A DNA stretch of 64,000 nt from assembly GCA_030583865.1 (NCBI GenBank), contig CP129479.1:1634819-1698818 (forward strand), written 5' to 3'. Below the pieces are notes generated by a model. That model saw only the letters and a list, made by a program, of their open reading frames with translations. It searched no databases and was not told the origin of the DNA. The DNA comes from Thermodesulfobacteriota bacterium. Its GTDB lineage: Bacteria > Desulfobacterota > GWC2-55-46. Shown here piece by piece: positions 37,245 through 46,737 of the stretch (positions are counted from its first letter, which is position 1; each line of letters begins with the position of its first letter). The translations under genes were made by a program, and so were the position numbers.

Positions 37245-38102
37245 TCAGATATTCCGGTCCAGGAACTGTCTCCAGAAAAACTGCATCCCGCCCTTGAGGG
37301 CGCCCTCTGCCGGCGCTTCGCTTATCTCCCTCGCTATCTCCTCGTAGCACTGGCAGGCCTTGGACCCCGGAAAGAGCTCCATGACCGCCTTCTGCCTTGC
37401 GACCGACTTCTGGACGTTCTCGTCCAGAAGCACGCAGCCGACATACTCGACCGAGATGCTCAGGAACCTTTCAGCCGCGAGGCTTATCTTCCTGTAGACC
37501 TCGATCCCCTCCTTCCGGTTCCTGGCCTCGTTCACGAGGAGCTTGAACCTCCTCTCGCCGTGCTTGTGGAGGAGGACCTTCATCAGGGCGTAGGCGTCGG
37601 TGATGGAGGTCGGCTCCGGGGTGACCACCACCATTATCTCCTGGGCCGCCATGTTGAAGAAAAGGACGTTATCGGAGATGCCGGCCCCGGTGTCGATTAT
37701 CATGACGTCGAACTCTGACTCGAGTGTTTCCAGGTGCGAGGCGAGCGCGAGACGCTCCTCGGCGGAGAGGCTCGTAAGCTCCTGCACACCGGAGCTCGCC
37801 GGGAGTATCTTTATGCCTCCGGGGCCGTCGGCCAGGACCTCCTTTATGTTCCTTTCGCCGCGAAGGAGGTGCCCGATATTGTACCTGGGCGCAAGCCCCA
37901 GGAGCACGTCGAGGTTGCCGAGCCCGAGGTCCGCGTCAAGGAGGAGCACCCTCTTTCCCATCCGCGTAAACGCTATCGCAAGGTTCACCACCGAATTGGT
38001 CTTGCCGACGCCGCCCTTTCCGCTGCTGACCGAGATGACCCTCGTCTCCCTGGCCGCCGGGTTCGCCTGTGCGTACTTCATTAAAGTAACTGCCTGGTCC
38101 AT
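37245..38102 (-). CDS. flhG: MinD-type ATPase FlhG (flagellar number regulator)
   Basis: Deviant Walker A VSSGKGGVGKTNSVVNLA. Positioned between flhF and fliA. Confidence 0.9.
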   Translation of the reverse strand: MDQAVTLMKYAQANPAARETRVISVSSGKGGVGKTNSVVNLAIAFTRMGKRVLLLDADLGLGNLDVLLGLAPRYNIGHLLRGERNIKEVLADGPGGIKILPASSGVQELTSLSAEERLALASHLETLESEFDVMIIDTGAGISDNVLFFNMAAQEIMVVVTPEPTSITDAYALMKVLLHKHGERRFKLLVNEARNRKEGIEVYRKISLAAERFLSISVEYVGCVLLDENVQKSVARQKAVMELFPGSKACQCYEEIAREISEAPAEGALKGGMQFFWRQFLDRNI

Positions 38103-38115
38103 TCAATCCTTCTCC

Positions 38116-39228
38116 TTAATTCGGCATGATGAACTTCACGAGATTTTCCCTGGAGGCGGGCTCCAGGTCTTCCGGCACCCGCGACCCGGTCGAAAGGTAC
38201 GCGACCGGTTTCCTCGCGAGCATCATCGCATTCAGTATCGGCCCGTGGGCACCGCCCTCGTCGAGGCGCGTAAATGACAGCGAATCTATGGGCAGGGCGG
38301 AGAAGCCCTTCACGGCGTCGTACATGGCCTCGTCCCTGGTCTGGGAATTGAGGACGAGGTTGAACCTTATCGATGGCGAAGCCCCGGCAAGCTCATGGAG
38401 CTCCTTCATGCGGGCCGGGTCCTTCTGGCTCCTCCCGGCGGTATCAACGAGGACCAGGTCCTTGTCCCTGTGCACGCTCAAAAGGGCCTTCAGCTCGCCG
38501 GGGTCCCTCGCGACGTCCACGGGCACGCCCATGAGCTTGCCGTAGACGCGGAGCTGCTCGGCGGCCGCAATCCTGTACGTGTCCATGGTCACGAGGGCCA
38601 TGCTCCTCTTTTTCTTCAGCGCGTTAAGGGCCGCGAGCTTTGCTATAGTGGTGGTCTTCCCGACGCCGGACGGCCCGATGAAGGCGACGACCCCCTTCTC
38701 CGAGAGCGGGTCCGCCACAGCCAGCTTTTCGTACACCTTCTCCCTTATGCACGACTTCAGGTAGGCTATGTCGGACGCCTTGTCCCTGGCAACTCCGCCG
38801 AGGGTATTGAGGAGTATTTTCCTCGCGAGCCTCCTGTCGATTCCGTTCGCGGCAAGGTTCTCCTCGAGCCTCCTGAAGACGCCTGAGACCGGGCTCCCGG
38901 AATTGGAGACTACCGCCATGCAGAGCCTTTTGAGCTCCTTAAGCTCCCCCAGCTCCCTCCTGAGCTCTTCAGCCAGCAGGTCCGGGCGGCCGTCCCGGAC
39001 AAAGTCATTTGCGCCTGACCGGGGCTTCTCCGGGCCTGCGCTCATATCATCCTTTTCCATGTCCAGCGTAACCGGGGCTGAAAGGTCGTAGTCGACCGCG
39101 GCCACTACCTCGTGCCGCCCTGCGCCGAGCCGCTTCGTGGAGAGTATGAGGGCGTTCTCCCCGAACTCATCCTTTACAGCCTTGATCGCCTCCCTGACGG
39201 TTACGCCGTTGAACCTTTTTATCCTCAT
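38116..39228 (-). CDS. flhF: SRP-type GTPase FlhF
   Basis: FIGPSGVGKTTTIAKLA, DTAGR, and TRLDE motifs. Confidence 0.93.
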   Translation of the reverse strand: MRIKRFNGVTVREAIKAVKDEFGENALILSTKRLGAGRHEVVAAVDYDLSAPVTLDMEKDDMSAGPEKPRSGANDFVRDGRPDLLAEELRRELGELKELKRLCMAVVSNSGSPVSGVFRRLEENLAANGIDRRLARKILLNTLGGVARDKASDIAYLKSCIREKVYEKLAVADPLSEKGVVAFIGPSGVGKTTTIAKLAALNALKKKRSMALVTMDTYRIAAAEQLRVYGKLMGVPVDVARDPGELKALLSVHRDKDLVLVDTAGRSQKDPARMKELHELAGASPSIRFNLVLNSQTRDEAMYDAVKGFSALPIDSLSFTRLDEGGAHGPILNAMMLARKPVAYLSTGSRVPEDLEPASRENLVKFIMPN

Positions 39229-39229
39229 G

Positions 39230-41305
39230 CTACAACCTCACCACTTTTAATGTCTGGACCCTTGCGTTTCCGGCAATCTCGTTATGGGAAAGGATGGCTA
39301 TCGCCGGGAAGACCCTCTCGGTAAGCCTCCTTACGAACCTTCTCGTCTGGTGCGATACGAGGAGCACCGGCTGGTGCCCTTTCGACATCGTCTCCTCGAG
39401 CCCCTCCTTGAGCCTCGAAAGTATCCTCTGCGCGAGCCCCGGCTCTATGGTGAGGAACGAGCCCTGCGGCGTCTCATGCACCGACTTCGTTATCGCCTCC
39501 TCGATCTCGTGGCTGAGTGAAATGGCCTGTATGGTCGAATCGCCTGATATGTGGCTTTTGGTAATCTGCCTCGCGAGACCCATCCTCACGTATTCGGTGA
39601 GCAGGTCGGTGTCTTTTGTTATAGGGGCGTAGTCGGCCAGGGTCTCGAGTATGGTCTGGAGGTCCCTTATCGATATCCTCTCCTTCAGGAGGTTCTGGAG
39701 GACCTTCTGCACGGCCCCGAGGCTCAGGAGCCCCGGCACCAGCTCCTCTACTACCTTCGGGTGTGTCTTCGCCACCCTGTCGATGAGGGACTGAACCTCC
39801 TGGCGCCCGAGTATCTCGTTCGCGTAGCTCCTTATGACCTCGGTAACGTGAGTCGCGACTATGGCCGAGTGGTTTACGACGGTATAGCCCATGAGCTGCG
39901 CCCTCTCGACCTGCGCGTCAGGCACCCATATGGAGGGGAGCCCGAAAGCCGGGTCGGTCGTCGCAACGCCTTCAAGGCCGGGCTGTGCGTTACCCGGGTC
40001 TATGGCGAGCGAATGCCCGGCGAGGAGCTCGCCTTTCGCGACCTCAACGCCCTTTACGAGGAACACGTACTCGGAAGGCTTAAGCTGCAGGTTGTCCTTT
40101 ATGTGCACCGGAGGCACCATTATGCCCATGTCCTCGGCGAACTGCCTCCTTATTGCCTTTATCCTCTCCAGGAGCTCGCCTCCCTCGCTCGAATCCACGA
40201 GCGGGATGAGCCTGTAGCCGACTTCGAGGCTCAGGGTGTCTATGAGCGGCACCTCGTCAGTCGCCTCTTTAGCCGCCGGCTTGGCCTCGGCCGCCTTCCT
40301 CTCGGTCTCTTCCGCCATAATCTTCTCCTCCGCCGACCTGTAGACCAGGTAGCCGATAGCGCCGGTTATCGCGGAAAGCGTGAGAAAGGCAAGGTGCGGA
40401 AGGCCCGGGACCAGGCCGAAGACGAAGAGTATGGCGGCTGCTATGAAGAGCGGCTTGGGGCTCAGGAGGAACTGCCTGCCTATGGAGTCGCTCAGGCCGG
40501 ACTCCGAGCTTACGTTAGTTACGACGATACCTGCGGCAGTCGATATGATGAGGGCCGGTATCTGGGTGACCAGGCCGTCTCCGACCGTGAGGAGCGTGTA
40601 GGTCATGGCCGCCTCGCCGACCGGGAGCCCCTGCTGGAGTACCCCGATGACCAGGCCGCCCGCGATATTGATTATGGTGATAAGGATGCCGGCGACCGCG
40701 TCTCCCCTGACGAACTTGCTTGCGCCGTCCATGGCCCCGTAGAAGTCCGACTCCTGGGAGACCTCTTTCCTCCGCCTCCTCGCCTCCTCGTCGCCTATGA
40801 GCCCGGCGTTCAGGTCCGCGTCGATGGCCATCTGCTTGCCTGGCATTGCGTCCAGGGTGAACCTGGCGGCTACCTCGGCTATGCGGCCTGCGCCCTTTGT
40901 GATGACCACGAAGTTTATGATGACGAGTATCGAGAATACTATGAAGCCGACGGCGTAGTTTCCGCCGACGACGAAATTCCCGAATGACATGATCACCTGC
41001 CCCGCAGCTGACGGGCCCTCCGAGCCGTGCAGGAGTATGAGCCTCGTCGACGCAACGTTCAGGGCGAGCCTGAAAAGGGTCGTGACCAGAAGTAGTATCG
41101 GGAATGTCGAGAAATCGAGCGGCTTCTTGACATAGACTGCCACGAGCAGGATGATTATGGCGGCGGTCACGTTGAACGTAAGGAGGAGGTCGAGCGCCAG
41201 CGGCGGCACCGGCAGTATCATTATGAAGATGACCGCCACGATGCCGGCGGGCAGCATCAGGTCCGAACCCTTCTTCCAGGAAGCGATATCCCTCAAACCA
41301 GCCAT
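39230..41305 (-). CDS. flhA: Flagellar export gate protein FlhA
   Basis: 691 aa. FPILLLVTTLFRLALNVASTRLIL, ITKGAGRIAEVAARFTLDAMPGKQMAIDADL. Confidence 0.97.
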   Translation of the reverse strand: MAGLRDIASWKKGSDLMLPAGIVAVIFIMILPVPPLALDLLLTFNVTAAIIILLVAVYVKKPLDFSTFPILLLVTTLFRLALNVASTRLILLHGSEGPSAAGQVIMSFGNFVVGGNYAVGFIVFSILVIINFVVITKGAGRIAEVAARFTLDAMPGKQMAIDADLNAGLIGDEEARRRRKEVSQESDFYGAMDGASKFVRGDAVAGILITIINIAGGLVIGVLQQGLPVGEAAMTYTLLTVGDGLVTQIPALIISTAAGIVVTNVSSESGLSDSIGRQFLLSPKPLFIAAAILFVFGLVPGLPHLAFLTLSAITGAIGYLVYRSAEEKIMAEETERKAAEAKPAAKEATDEVPLIDTLSLEVGYRLIPLVDSSEGGELLERIKAIRRQFAEDMGIMVPPVHIKDNLQLKPSEYVFLVKGVEVAKGELLAGHSLAIDPGNAQPGLEGVATTDPAFGLPSIWVPDAQVERAQLMGYTVVNHSAIVATHVTEVIRSYANEILGRQEVQSLIDRVAKTHPKVVEELVPGLLSLGAVQKVLQNLLKERISIRDLQTILETLADYAPITKDTDLLTEYVRMGLARQITKSHISGDSTIQAISLSHEIEEAITKSVHETPQGSFLTIEPGLAQRILSRLKEGLEETMSKGHQPVLLVSHQTRRFVRRLTERVFPAIAILSHNEIAGNARVQTLKVVRL

Positions 41306-41311
41306 AACCCT

Positions 41312-42382
41312 CTATCTCCCGGCCTTTCCCTTGAGCCTGTAGACGTAGGCCAGCACCTCGGCCACCGCCTTGTACATGTTGACCGGCACCTCGGCGCCTA
41401 TCTTGACCGCCTTGTAGAGGCCCCTTGCGAGGGGCTTGTTCTCAAGCACGGGCACGTTGTGCTTCCGCGCCAGTTCCTTTATCTTTTCGGCTATGAGGCC
41501 GGCGCCCTTTGCGACGACGACCGGCGCGTTCGATTTCGACCTGTCGTACTTCAAGGCGACCGCGATGTGCGTGGGGTTCGTCACCACGACGTCGGCCTTG
41601 GGCACGTCCTGCATCATCCTCTTCCGGGCCATGTCCCTCTGCATGGACTTTATCCTAGCCTTCACGATGGGGTCGCCCTCGGACTCCTTGTGCTCCTCTT
41701 TTATCTGCTGCTTTGTCATCCGGAGGCCCTTCTCGAAATTCCATCTCTGGAAGGCGTAGTCGATAACGGCTATGGCCGCTATCACCCAGACCGTCCTGAG
41801 CATTATTCTGAACGTGACCTGCCCGACGTACAGGACCGAGGCCGCCGAGTCCACGTCTATGAGGAAAGGGAGGTTCTCCCACTCGGCCTTTACGCTTGCG
41901 TAGACGACATACGTGAGAACCGACACCTTGAGGACCGACTTCACCAGCTCGGCAAGCGAGTTCATGGAGAAGAGCCTTCCAAGACCCGCTATCGGGTTTA
42001 TCTTCTTGAAGTCCGGCTCAAGGGGCTTGGTCGAGAGGTTGAAGCCGTTCTGGAGCACGTACGAAATGGCGCCGAAAAGCGGTATCGCGAGCGCCGGGGC
42101 GATGATCACGAGGTATCTCCAGGACAGGTCCTGGAAAATCGTATGCGCGTCCTTTATGGTAAGCTCGCCCCTGAAAAGGCCGAAGTACTTCCTCATTACC
42201 TCTGACATTCCCGAATACATCCAGGCCGAGGAAAAATAAAGGACTACTATCCCGGCGGTTATCATGAAGAGGGTGCTGACCTCGCGGGAGGTCGCAAAGC
42301 TCCCATCCTGCCGGGCCTGCTCGCGCCTTCTGGATGTAGGTTGTTCTGTCCGTTCCTGGTCCTTGTCGTCGTCAGCCATCAC
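41312..42382 (-). CDS. flhB: Flagellar export switch protein FlhB
   Basis: QERTEQPTSRRREQARQDG N-terminus and the NPTH autocleavage site (VVTNPTHIAVAL). Confidence 0.97.
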   Translation of the reverse strand: MMADDDKDQERTEQPTSRRREQARQDGSFATSREVSTLFMITAGIVVLYFSSAWMYSGMSEVMRKYFGLFRGELTIKDAHTIFQDLSWRYLVIIAPALAIPLFGAISYVLQNGFNLSTKPLEPDFKKINPIAGLGRLFSMNSLAELVKSVLKVSVLTYVVYASVKAEWENLPFLIDVDSAASVLYVGQVTFRIMLRTVWVIAAIAVIDYAFQRWNFEKGLRMTKQQIKEEHKESEGDPIVKARIKSMQRDMARKRMMQDVPKADVVVTNPTHIAVALKYDRSKSNAPVVVAKGAGLIAEKIKELARKHNVPVLENKPLARGLYKAVKIGAEVPVNMYKAVAEVLAYVYRLKGKAGR

Positions 42383-43149
42383 ATCGCTCTCATGAGGTTA
42401 AATACGCCGGTCCACATCCGGTCGAAGACCGCCTGTACGGCGGTCCCGAATACCGGGAGGGACATGCTTATCACCAGGAAACCGGATATTATCGTCAGGG
42501 CGAACCCTATTACGAACATGTTTATCTGCGGCACCGTCCTAGCCATTATGCCGAGCGAGACGTTCACGAATATCAGCATCGCAACCACCGGGGCCGAAAA
42601 CTTGAAGGCCAGGACGAATATCTCCCTTGAGAAAGCGACGAAACTCTCCATGAGCCCCGCGGAAAGAGTGAAGCTGAAGGGCGGGATGGAATCGAAGCTT
42701 TTCTGAAGGACCATCAGGACCATCAGGTGGCCGTTGACCGAAAGGAATATGAGGAGCGTCAAAATGCTCAGGAATTTCCCGAGCACCGTCACCTGTGAGC
42801 TGTTAATTGGGTCGTAGGCGGTAGCCATGCCTATGCCCATCTGGAAGCCTGCGACCTGCCCGGCGAACTCTATGCCCGCCAACACGAACCTTATCGCGAG
42901 CCCTATGGCGGCGCCTATGAGGACCTCTCCTGCCAGTGCGACAGTGAGGCCCACGAGGGTCGCCGGCATCGGGACCTGGGGCGTAAGGGGCGTCAGGAGA
43001 AGCGCCACCATGAGCGTAAGCCCCAGCTTCACCTGCATGGGCACGTTCAAGGCCCCGAATATCGGGGCCGCAAGCAGTATCGAGCCCGTCCTCACCATTA
43101 CGAAAAGGAAGGTCGAATAATTTGCGGCTATGTAGTTCGCGAATTCCAT
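42379..43149 (-). CDS. fliR: Flagellar export apparatus protein FliR
   Basis: 256-aa polytopic membrane protein between fliQ and flhB, with an ATGA-type overlap. Confidence 0.9.
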   Translation of the reverse strand: MEFANYIAANYSTFLFVMVRTGSILLAAPIFGALNVPMQVKLGLTLMVALLLTPLTPQVPMPATLVGLTVALAGEVLIGAAIGLAIRFVLAGIEFAGQVAGFQMGIGMATAYDPINSSQVTVLGKFLSILTLLIFLSVNGHLMVLMVLQKSFDSIPPFSFTLSAGLMESFVAFSREIFVLAFKFSAPVVAMLIFVNVSLGIMARTVPQINMFVIGFALTIISGFLVISMSLPVFGTAVQAVFDRMWTGVFNLMRAM

Positions 43150-43419
43150 CTATCTTATATAGTTGGGTATGTTCGTGAATATCTGGCTCGTATATTTCAC
43201 TATCACCTCCATCATCCAGGGCGAGAGCGCAAGGAGGACAAGGAGTACGGTTATTATCTTTGGCACGAACGAGAGCGTCATCTCCTGGATCTGCGTCACC
43301 GCCTGGAAGATGCTTATGACGAGGCCCACCGCCATCCCGGCGAAGAGGACCGGGGCGGATATGAGGAGTATCATCGTTATCGTCTCCTTGCCGATGCCTG
43401 TCACGAATTCCGGCGTCAC
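43150..43419 (-). CDS. fliQ: Flagellar export apparatus protein FliQ
   Basis: 89 aa. ..ISIFQAVTQIQEMTLSFVPKI... Confidence 0.93.
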   Translation of the reverse strand: MTPEFVTGIGKETITMILLISAPVLFAGMAVGLVISIFQAVTQIQEMTLSFVPKIITVLLVLLALSPWMMEVIVKYTSQIFTNIPNYIR

Positions 43420-43429
43420 TCTCTTCCCC

Positions 43430-44200
43430 CTATCCGAAGCTCTGGACGAGCGAGCCGACGAGCAGGTACCAGCCGTCGACCAGCACGAAGAGCATGAGTT
43501 TGAAAGGCATGGAAACCATTACCGGGGGCACCATCATCATGCCCATGGACATGAGGACGCTCGCGACTATCATGTCTATGGCGAGGAACGGCAGGTAGAT
43601 GAGGAACCCGATCTGGAACGCGGTCTTCAATTCGCTCGTGACGAACGCCGGTATGAGGGCGAGCGTCGGGATATCGTCCTTCGTGCGGGGGGCCTCGGAT
43701 TTCGAGAGCCTGAGGAACAGCTCCATGTCCTTTTCCCTGGTGTTCTTCAGCATGAACTCGCGGAGCGGCTCTATTGCGCCAGTGAATGCGGCCTCCTGCG
43801 ATATGGCCCCCTGCATGTACGGCCTGAGCGCGTTCTCGTTTATCTTCATGAAAGCCGGTGACATTATGAAAAAAGTAAGGAAGAGCGCGAGCCCCACGAC
43901 GACCTGGTTGGGCGGGGCCTGCTGGACGCCGAGGGCCTGCCTCAAAAGCGAGAACACGATCACAAGCCTCGTAAACGAGGTCATCATCAATAATATGGCC
44001 GGAGCGACCGTGAGGACCGTAAGGAGAAGGACTATCTGGATTGCGGTGCTCAGCCCCTGCGGCGAGCTCTCCCCGCCTATCGAGAGGTTGACGTTCGGAA
44101 GCCCCAGAGCGTCGGCGGCAAGCGAGGCGCCTGGCGCAAGGAGGACGGGCGCGGCGGCCGATGCGATACAGAACGCTTTTTTAAGGGCCCCTGGCGTCAT
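43430..44200 (-). CDS. fliP: Flagellar export apparatus protein FliP
   Basis: Signal sequence, then FTRLVIVFSLLRQALGVQQAPPNQV and FKLMLFVLVDGW. Confidence 0.96.
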   Translation of the reverse strand: MTPGALKKAFCIASAAAPVLLAPGASLAADALGLPNVNLSIGGESSPQGLSTAIQIVLLLTVLTVAPAILLMMTSFTRLVIVFSLLRQALGVQQAPPNQVVVGLALFLTFFIMSPAFMKINENALRPYMQGAISQEAAFTGAIEPLREFMLKNTREKDMELFLRLSKSEAPRTKDDIPTLALIPAFVTSELKTAFQIGFLIYLPFLAIDMIVASVLMSMGMMMVPPVMVSMPFKLMLFVLVDGWYLLVGSLVQSFG

Positions 44201-44547
44201 ATGCCCCCCTGCAGGAGCCCGAAGAGCGACCTCTGCTTCCCGTCCTTGAGTCTCCTGAGGTCCTCAAGCGCGTCCTTTCCCTCTATCTTGGAAAGGAACG
44301 TTATTGTGGTCGGCGTAAGCCCCAGGACCAGCATCTCCCCCGCGACCTCCACTATGGCTATGTTCCTCTTGGGGCCGAGGAAGGCGGATGCGATGACCTT
44401 CACTGGCTTCATAGCCGCCCTGGAAGAGGGGGCGCCCCCGGAGCGCGCGAAACGCTTGAGCGCGTACATGGCGGCTCCGAAAAGGCCAAGGAGGAAAACG
44501 AGCGTGAGTATGGATTTCACGAGGAGATACATGTACGATTCGGTCAT
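44197..44547 (-). CDS. fliO: Flagellar protein FliO/FliZ
   Basis: 116 aa, single TM, then IAIVEVAGEMLVLGLTPTTITFLSKI. Positioned between fliN and fliP. Confidence 0.8.
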   Translation of the reverse strand: MTESYMYLLVKSILTLVFLLGLFGAAMYALKRFARSGGAPSSRAAMKPVKVIASAFLGPKRNIAIVEVAGEMLVLGLTPTTITFLSKIEGKDALEDLRRLKDGKQRSLFGLLQGGI

Positions 44548-44963
44548 TTCAGCCTGCTTATCCTCTCGCTCGGGCTTACTATGTCGGTGAGCTTCACCCC
44601 GAACTTCTCGTTAACCACGACTGCCTCGCCGCGGGCGATGAGCCTGCCGTTCACGAGTATTTCCATGGGCTCCCCGGCGAGCTTCTCGAGCTCTATGACC
44701 GCGCCCTGGCCGAGCTGAAGGAGGTCCTTCACAAGTAGCCTGGTCCTCCCTATCTCGACGGACACCGTTAGCGGTATGTCGAGGAGCATGTCCATGTTGG
44801 TCACGGCGCCGGAATTCTCCGGCTTCAGGTTCGAGAAGCTTGCCGGCCTTGCCTCGACCTCGTCCTTTTTGGCTGGAGCCTGGGCCTGCCTGGTCTCCTC
44901 GAAGGCCGCGCCCCACTCGTCGTTCAGGGAACCGGACTGGATACCTTCTTCGTTCTCTTTCAT
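44544..44963 (-). CDS. fliN: Flagellar motor switch protein FliN
   Basis: SpoA domain: LLDIPLTVSVEIGRTRLLVKDLLQLGQGAVIELEKLAGEPMEILVNG. Confidence 0.95.
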   Translation of the reverse strand: MKENEEGIQSGSLNDEWGAAFEETRQAQAPAKKDEVEARPASFSNLKPENSGAVTNMDMLLDIPLTVSVEIGRTRLLVKDLLQLGQGAVIELEKLAGEPMEILVNGRLIARGEAVVVNEKFGVKLTDIVSPSERISRLK

Positions 44964-44966
44964 CGC

Positions 44967-45959
44967 CTAACCCCTTTCTCCTTTTGCTGCGTCCACGACC
45001 TTTAGGGCGTAATTGCCGTCCATGACCCCGGGCCTCGCCAGGAGCTTGGTCATGCCTTCCACCTCGACCTCCAAGAGGTCCTTTACCTTCCTGTTGAGCT
45101 GTATGACGTCCCCGGACCGCAGGCTAAGGAGGTCCGAGAGGCTTATCTCCGCCCTGCCCATCTCCCCGGAGACCGCCAGCGGCACGTACCCGAACTGCTC
45201 CCGGAGATTGTCGAACCACCGGGCGTCCACCTCGGAGGTGTCTATCCGCTGGGTGCCGAGGAGCTTGTCCTTTATGGGCTCGATCGTGTTGTAGGGCAGG
45301 CAAAGCGTGAAGTTGCCGGCATTGGACTCGATCTCCATCCTGAAGGCCGAGAGTATGACGTGCTCGGAGACGCCCACAACGTTCACGAACTGGGGGTTCA
45401 TCTCCGTCCTCATGTACTTGAAATCCACTGGATGGACCGCCTTCCATACGGCCGTCATCTCGTGGAATATGATGTCCACGACCTTCTTTATGACCGCCTG
45501 CTCGACGTTCGTGAAGTCCCGCCCCTCGATCCGCGTCTGGAACCTGCCGTCCCCGCCGAAGTAGCTGTCCACTATGAGAAAGACCAGGCTCGGGTCAATG
45601 GCGAGGACCCCCTGCCCCCTGAACGGGACGAACTGGAATACGTTGAGGCTCGAGGGGACCTGAAGGTTCCGGACGAAGTCCTCGTACTTGGCCGTCCTCA
45701 TGCTCTCGGGGCTTATGTCGACCGACTTCCTCATGAGGTTGAAGACCGACGCCCTGAGTGACCTGCTGAACTTCTCGTTTATCATCTCGAGTGTCGGGAG
45801 CTTGCCCCGGACCACCTTCTCCTGGTTGGCGAAATCGTACGGCTGGACGTCGCCGGTATCCGGCCCTTCGGCCCTTTCCTGCTCGGTCTGTATGTCGCCG
45901 TTCGAAAGCCCCCTCAGGAGGGCGTCTACCTCGACCTGTGTAAGTATCTGCTCTGCCAT
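44967..45959 (-). CDS. fliM: Flagellar motor switch protein FliM
   Basis: N-terminal ILTQVEVDALL CheY-P binding motif, plus the central and SpoA-like C-terminal domains. Confidence 0.95.
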   Translation of the reverse strand: MAEQILTQVEVDALLRGLSNGDIQTEQERAEGPDTGDVQPYDFANQEKVVRGKLPTLEMINEKFSRSLRASVFNLMRKSVDISPESMRTAKYEDFVRNLQVPSSLNVFQFVPFRGQGVLAIDPSLVFLIVDSYFGGDGRFQTRIEGRDFTNVEQAVIKKVVDIIFHEMTAVWKAVHPVDFKYMRTEMNPQFVNVVGVSEHVILSAFRMEIESNAGNFTLCLPYNTIEPIKDKLLGTQRIDTSEVDARWFDNLREQFGYVPLAVSGEMGRAEISLSDLLSLRSGDVIQLNRKVKDLLEVEVEGMTKLLARPGVMDGNYALKVVDAAKGERG

Positions 45960-45969
45960 CCGGCGCCCC

Positions 45970-46458
45970 TTACTGGATTACGAACTCGGTGAAATATGCC
46001 GTATTCACCTTGCTTTTGGTCAGGTACTGGTTAACCCTGGCCACTATCTCGTCGCGCATCCTGTACTTGCCCTCGACGGTGCCTATGTCCGAGTAGCTCT
46101 TGCTGCTCAAGAGTATGATGAGGGAGTCGCGTATCTGGGTCGACTGGTTGTTGAGCTCGGTAAGCATGGAGCCCGGAGGAAGCTCGAGGTTCACGGTGAG
46201 CTTGAGGTATCTGGTGCCCGAGTTGTCCTGAAGGTTTACTATGAAGGGCTCCAGGGCGAATATGGTGCCCTTGGCCGGTTCCGCGGACTGGCTCTCGTCG
46301 ACCTGCTTTGCGCTCTCCCCCCCTCCCTTTGAGCTTGAGAGGACGATATACGCCCCGGCCGCGGCGGCAAGGAGCACCACCGCGACTATGCCTATGATGA
46401 GACCGGCCCCTTTTTTCTTTGGAGCTGCCTCTTCCTTTTTATCGACTTCCGCCGCCAT
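45970..46458 (-). CDS. fliL: Flagellar basal-body-associated protein FliL
   Basis: TM segment, then FALEPFIVNLQDNSGTRYLKLTVNLEL..IRDSLIILLSSK. ATG 46458 has AGGAGG 5 nt upstream. The track extension to 46569 contains the promoter. Confidence 0.9.
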   Translation of the reverse strand: MAAEVDKKEEAAPKKKGAGLIIGIVAVVLLAAAAGAYIVLSSSKGGGESAKQVDESQSAEPAKGTIFALEPFIVNLQDNSGTRYLKLTVNLELPPGSMLTELNNQSTQIRDSLIILLSSKSYSDIGTVEGKYRMRDEIVARVNQYLTKSKVNTAYFTEFVIQ

Positions 46459-46524
46459 ACCTGCCTCCTTTAGTTCAAGCGGCCCGGACCGGGCCCTGGC
46501 ATATAAGTGAATGCAGGGTTGTTT

Positions 46525-46540
46525 TGCAATACCTGTGCCA
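46525..46540 (-). promoter_or_regulatory. sigma54 promoter upstream of fliL
   Basis: Minus strand reads TGGCAC-AGGTA-TTGCA, a perfect consensus. The motif ends 67 nt upstream of the fliL ATG. Confidence 0.85.
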
Positions 46541-46692
46541 GCTGCCGGCCAGTAGCCCTGAAATCGCAAGTATGCGGAATATCGGAATAAAAAGTCGTGT
46601 CCAGTTGATGGGTGGGGAGATGGGGAATACGAAGGTCAACCTATTGCAGTTGCGAGCGTCATAAAAATGACTGGGTCGGCCAGGACAGGAAC

Positions 46693-46724
46693 AAAAAAAA
46701 GGGCGGCGGCCTGAGCCGCCGCCC
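46693..46724 (-). terminator. Strong rho-independent terminator after flgE
   Basis: Minus strand reads GGGCGGCGGC-TCAG-GCCGCCGCCC followed by T8, 14 nt after the flgE stop. Confidence 0.9.
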
Positions 46725-46737
46725 TTCATGACCTGTG

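Noticed and set aside
36505-37350. Longest-ORF starts for fliA (37350), fliL (46569), the methyltransferase (5950), pseG (7020), fliK (51096) and the TPR protein (62818)
   Set aside because: Each extension either overlaps the upstream gene substantially, is Arg-rich and atypical, or contains the promoter motif itself. Internal starts with good SD sequences were chosen instead.
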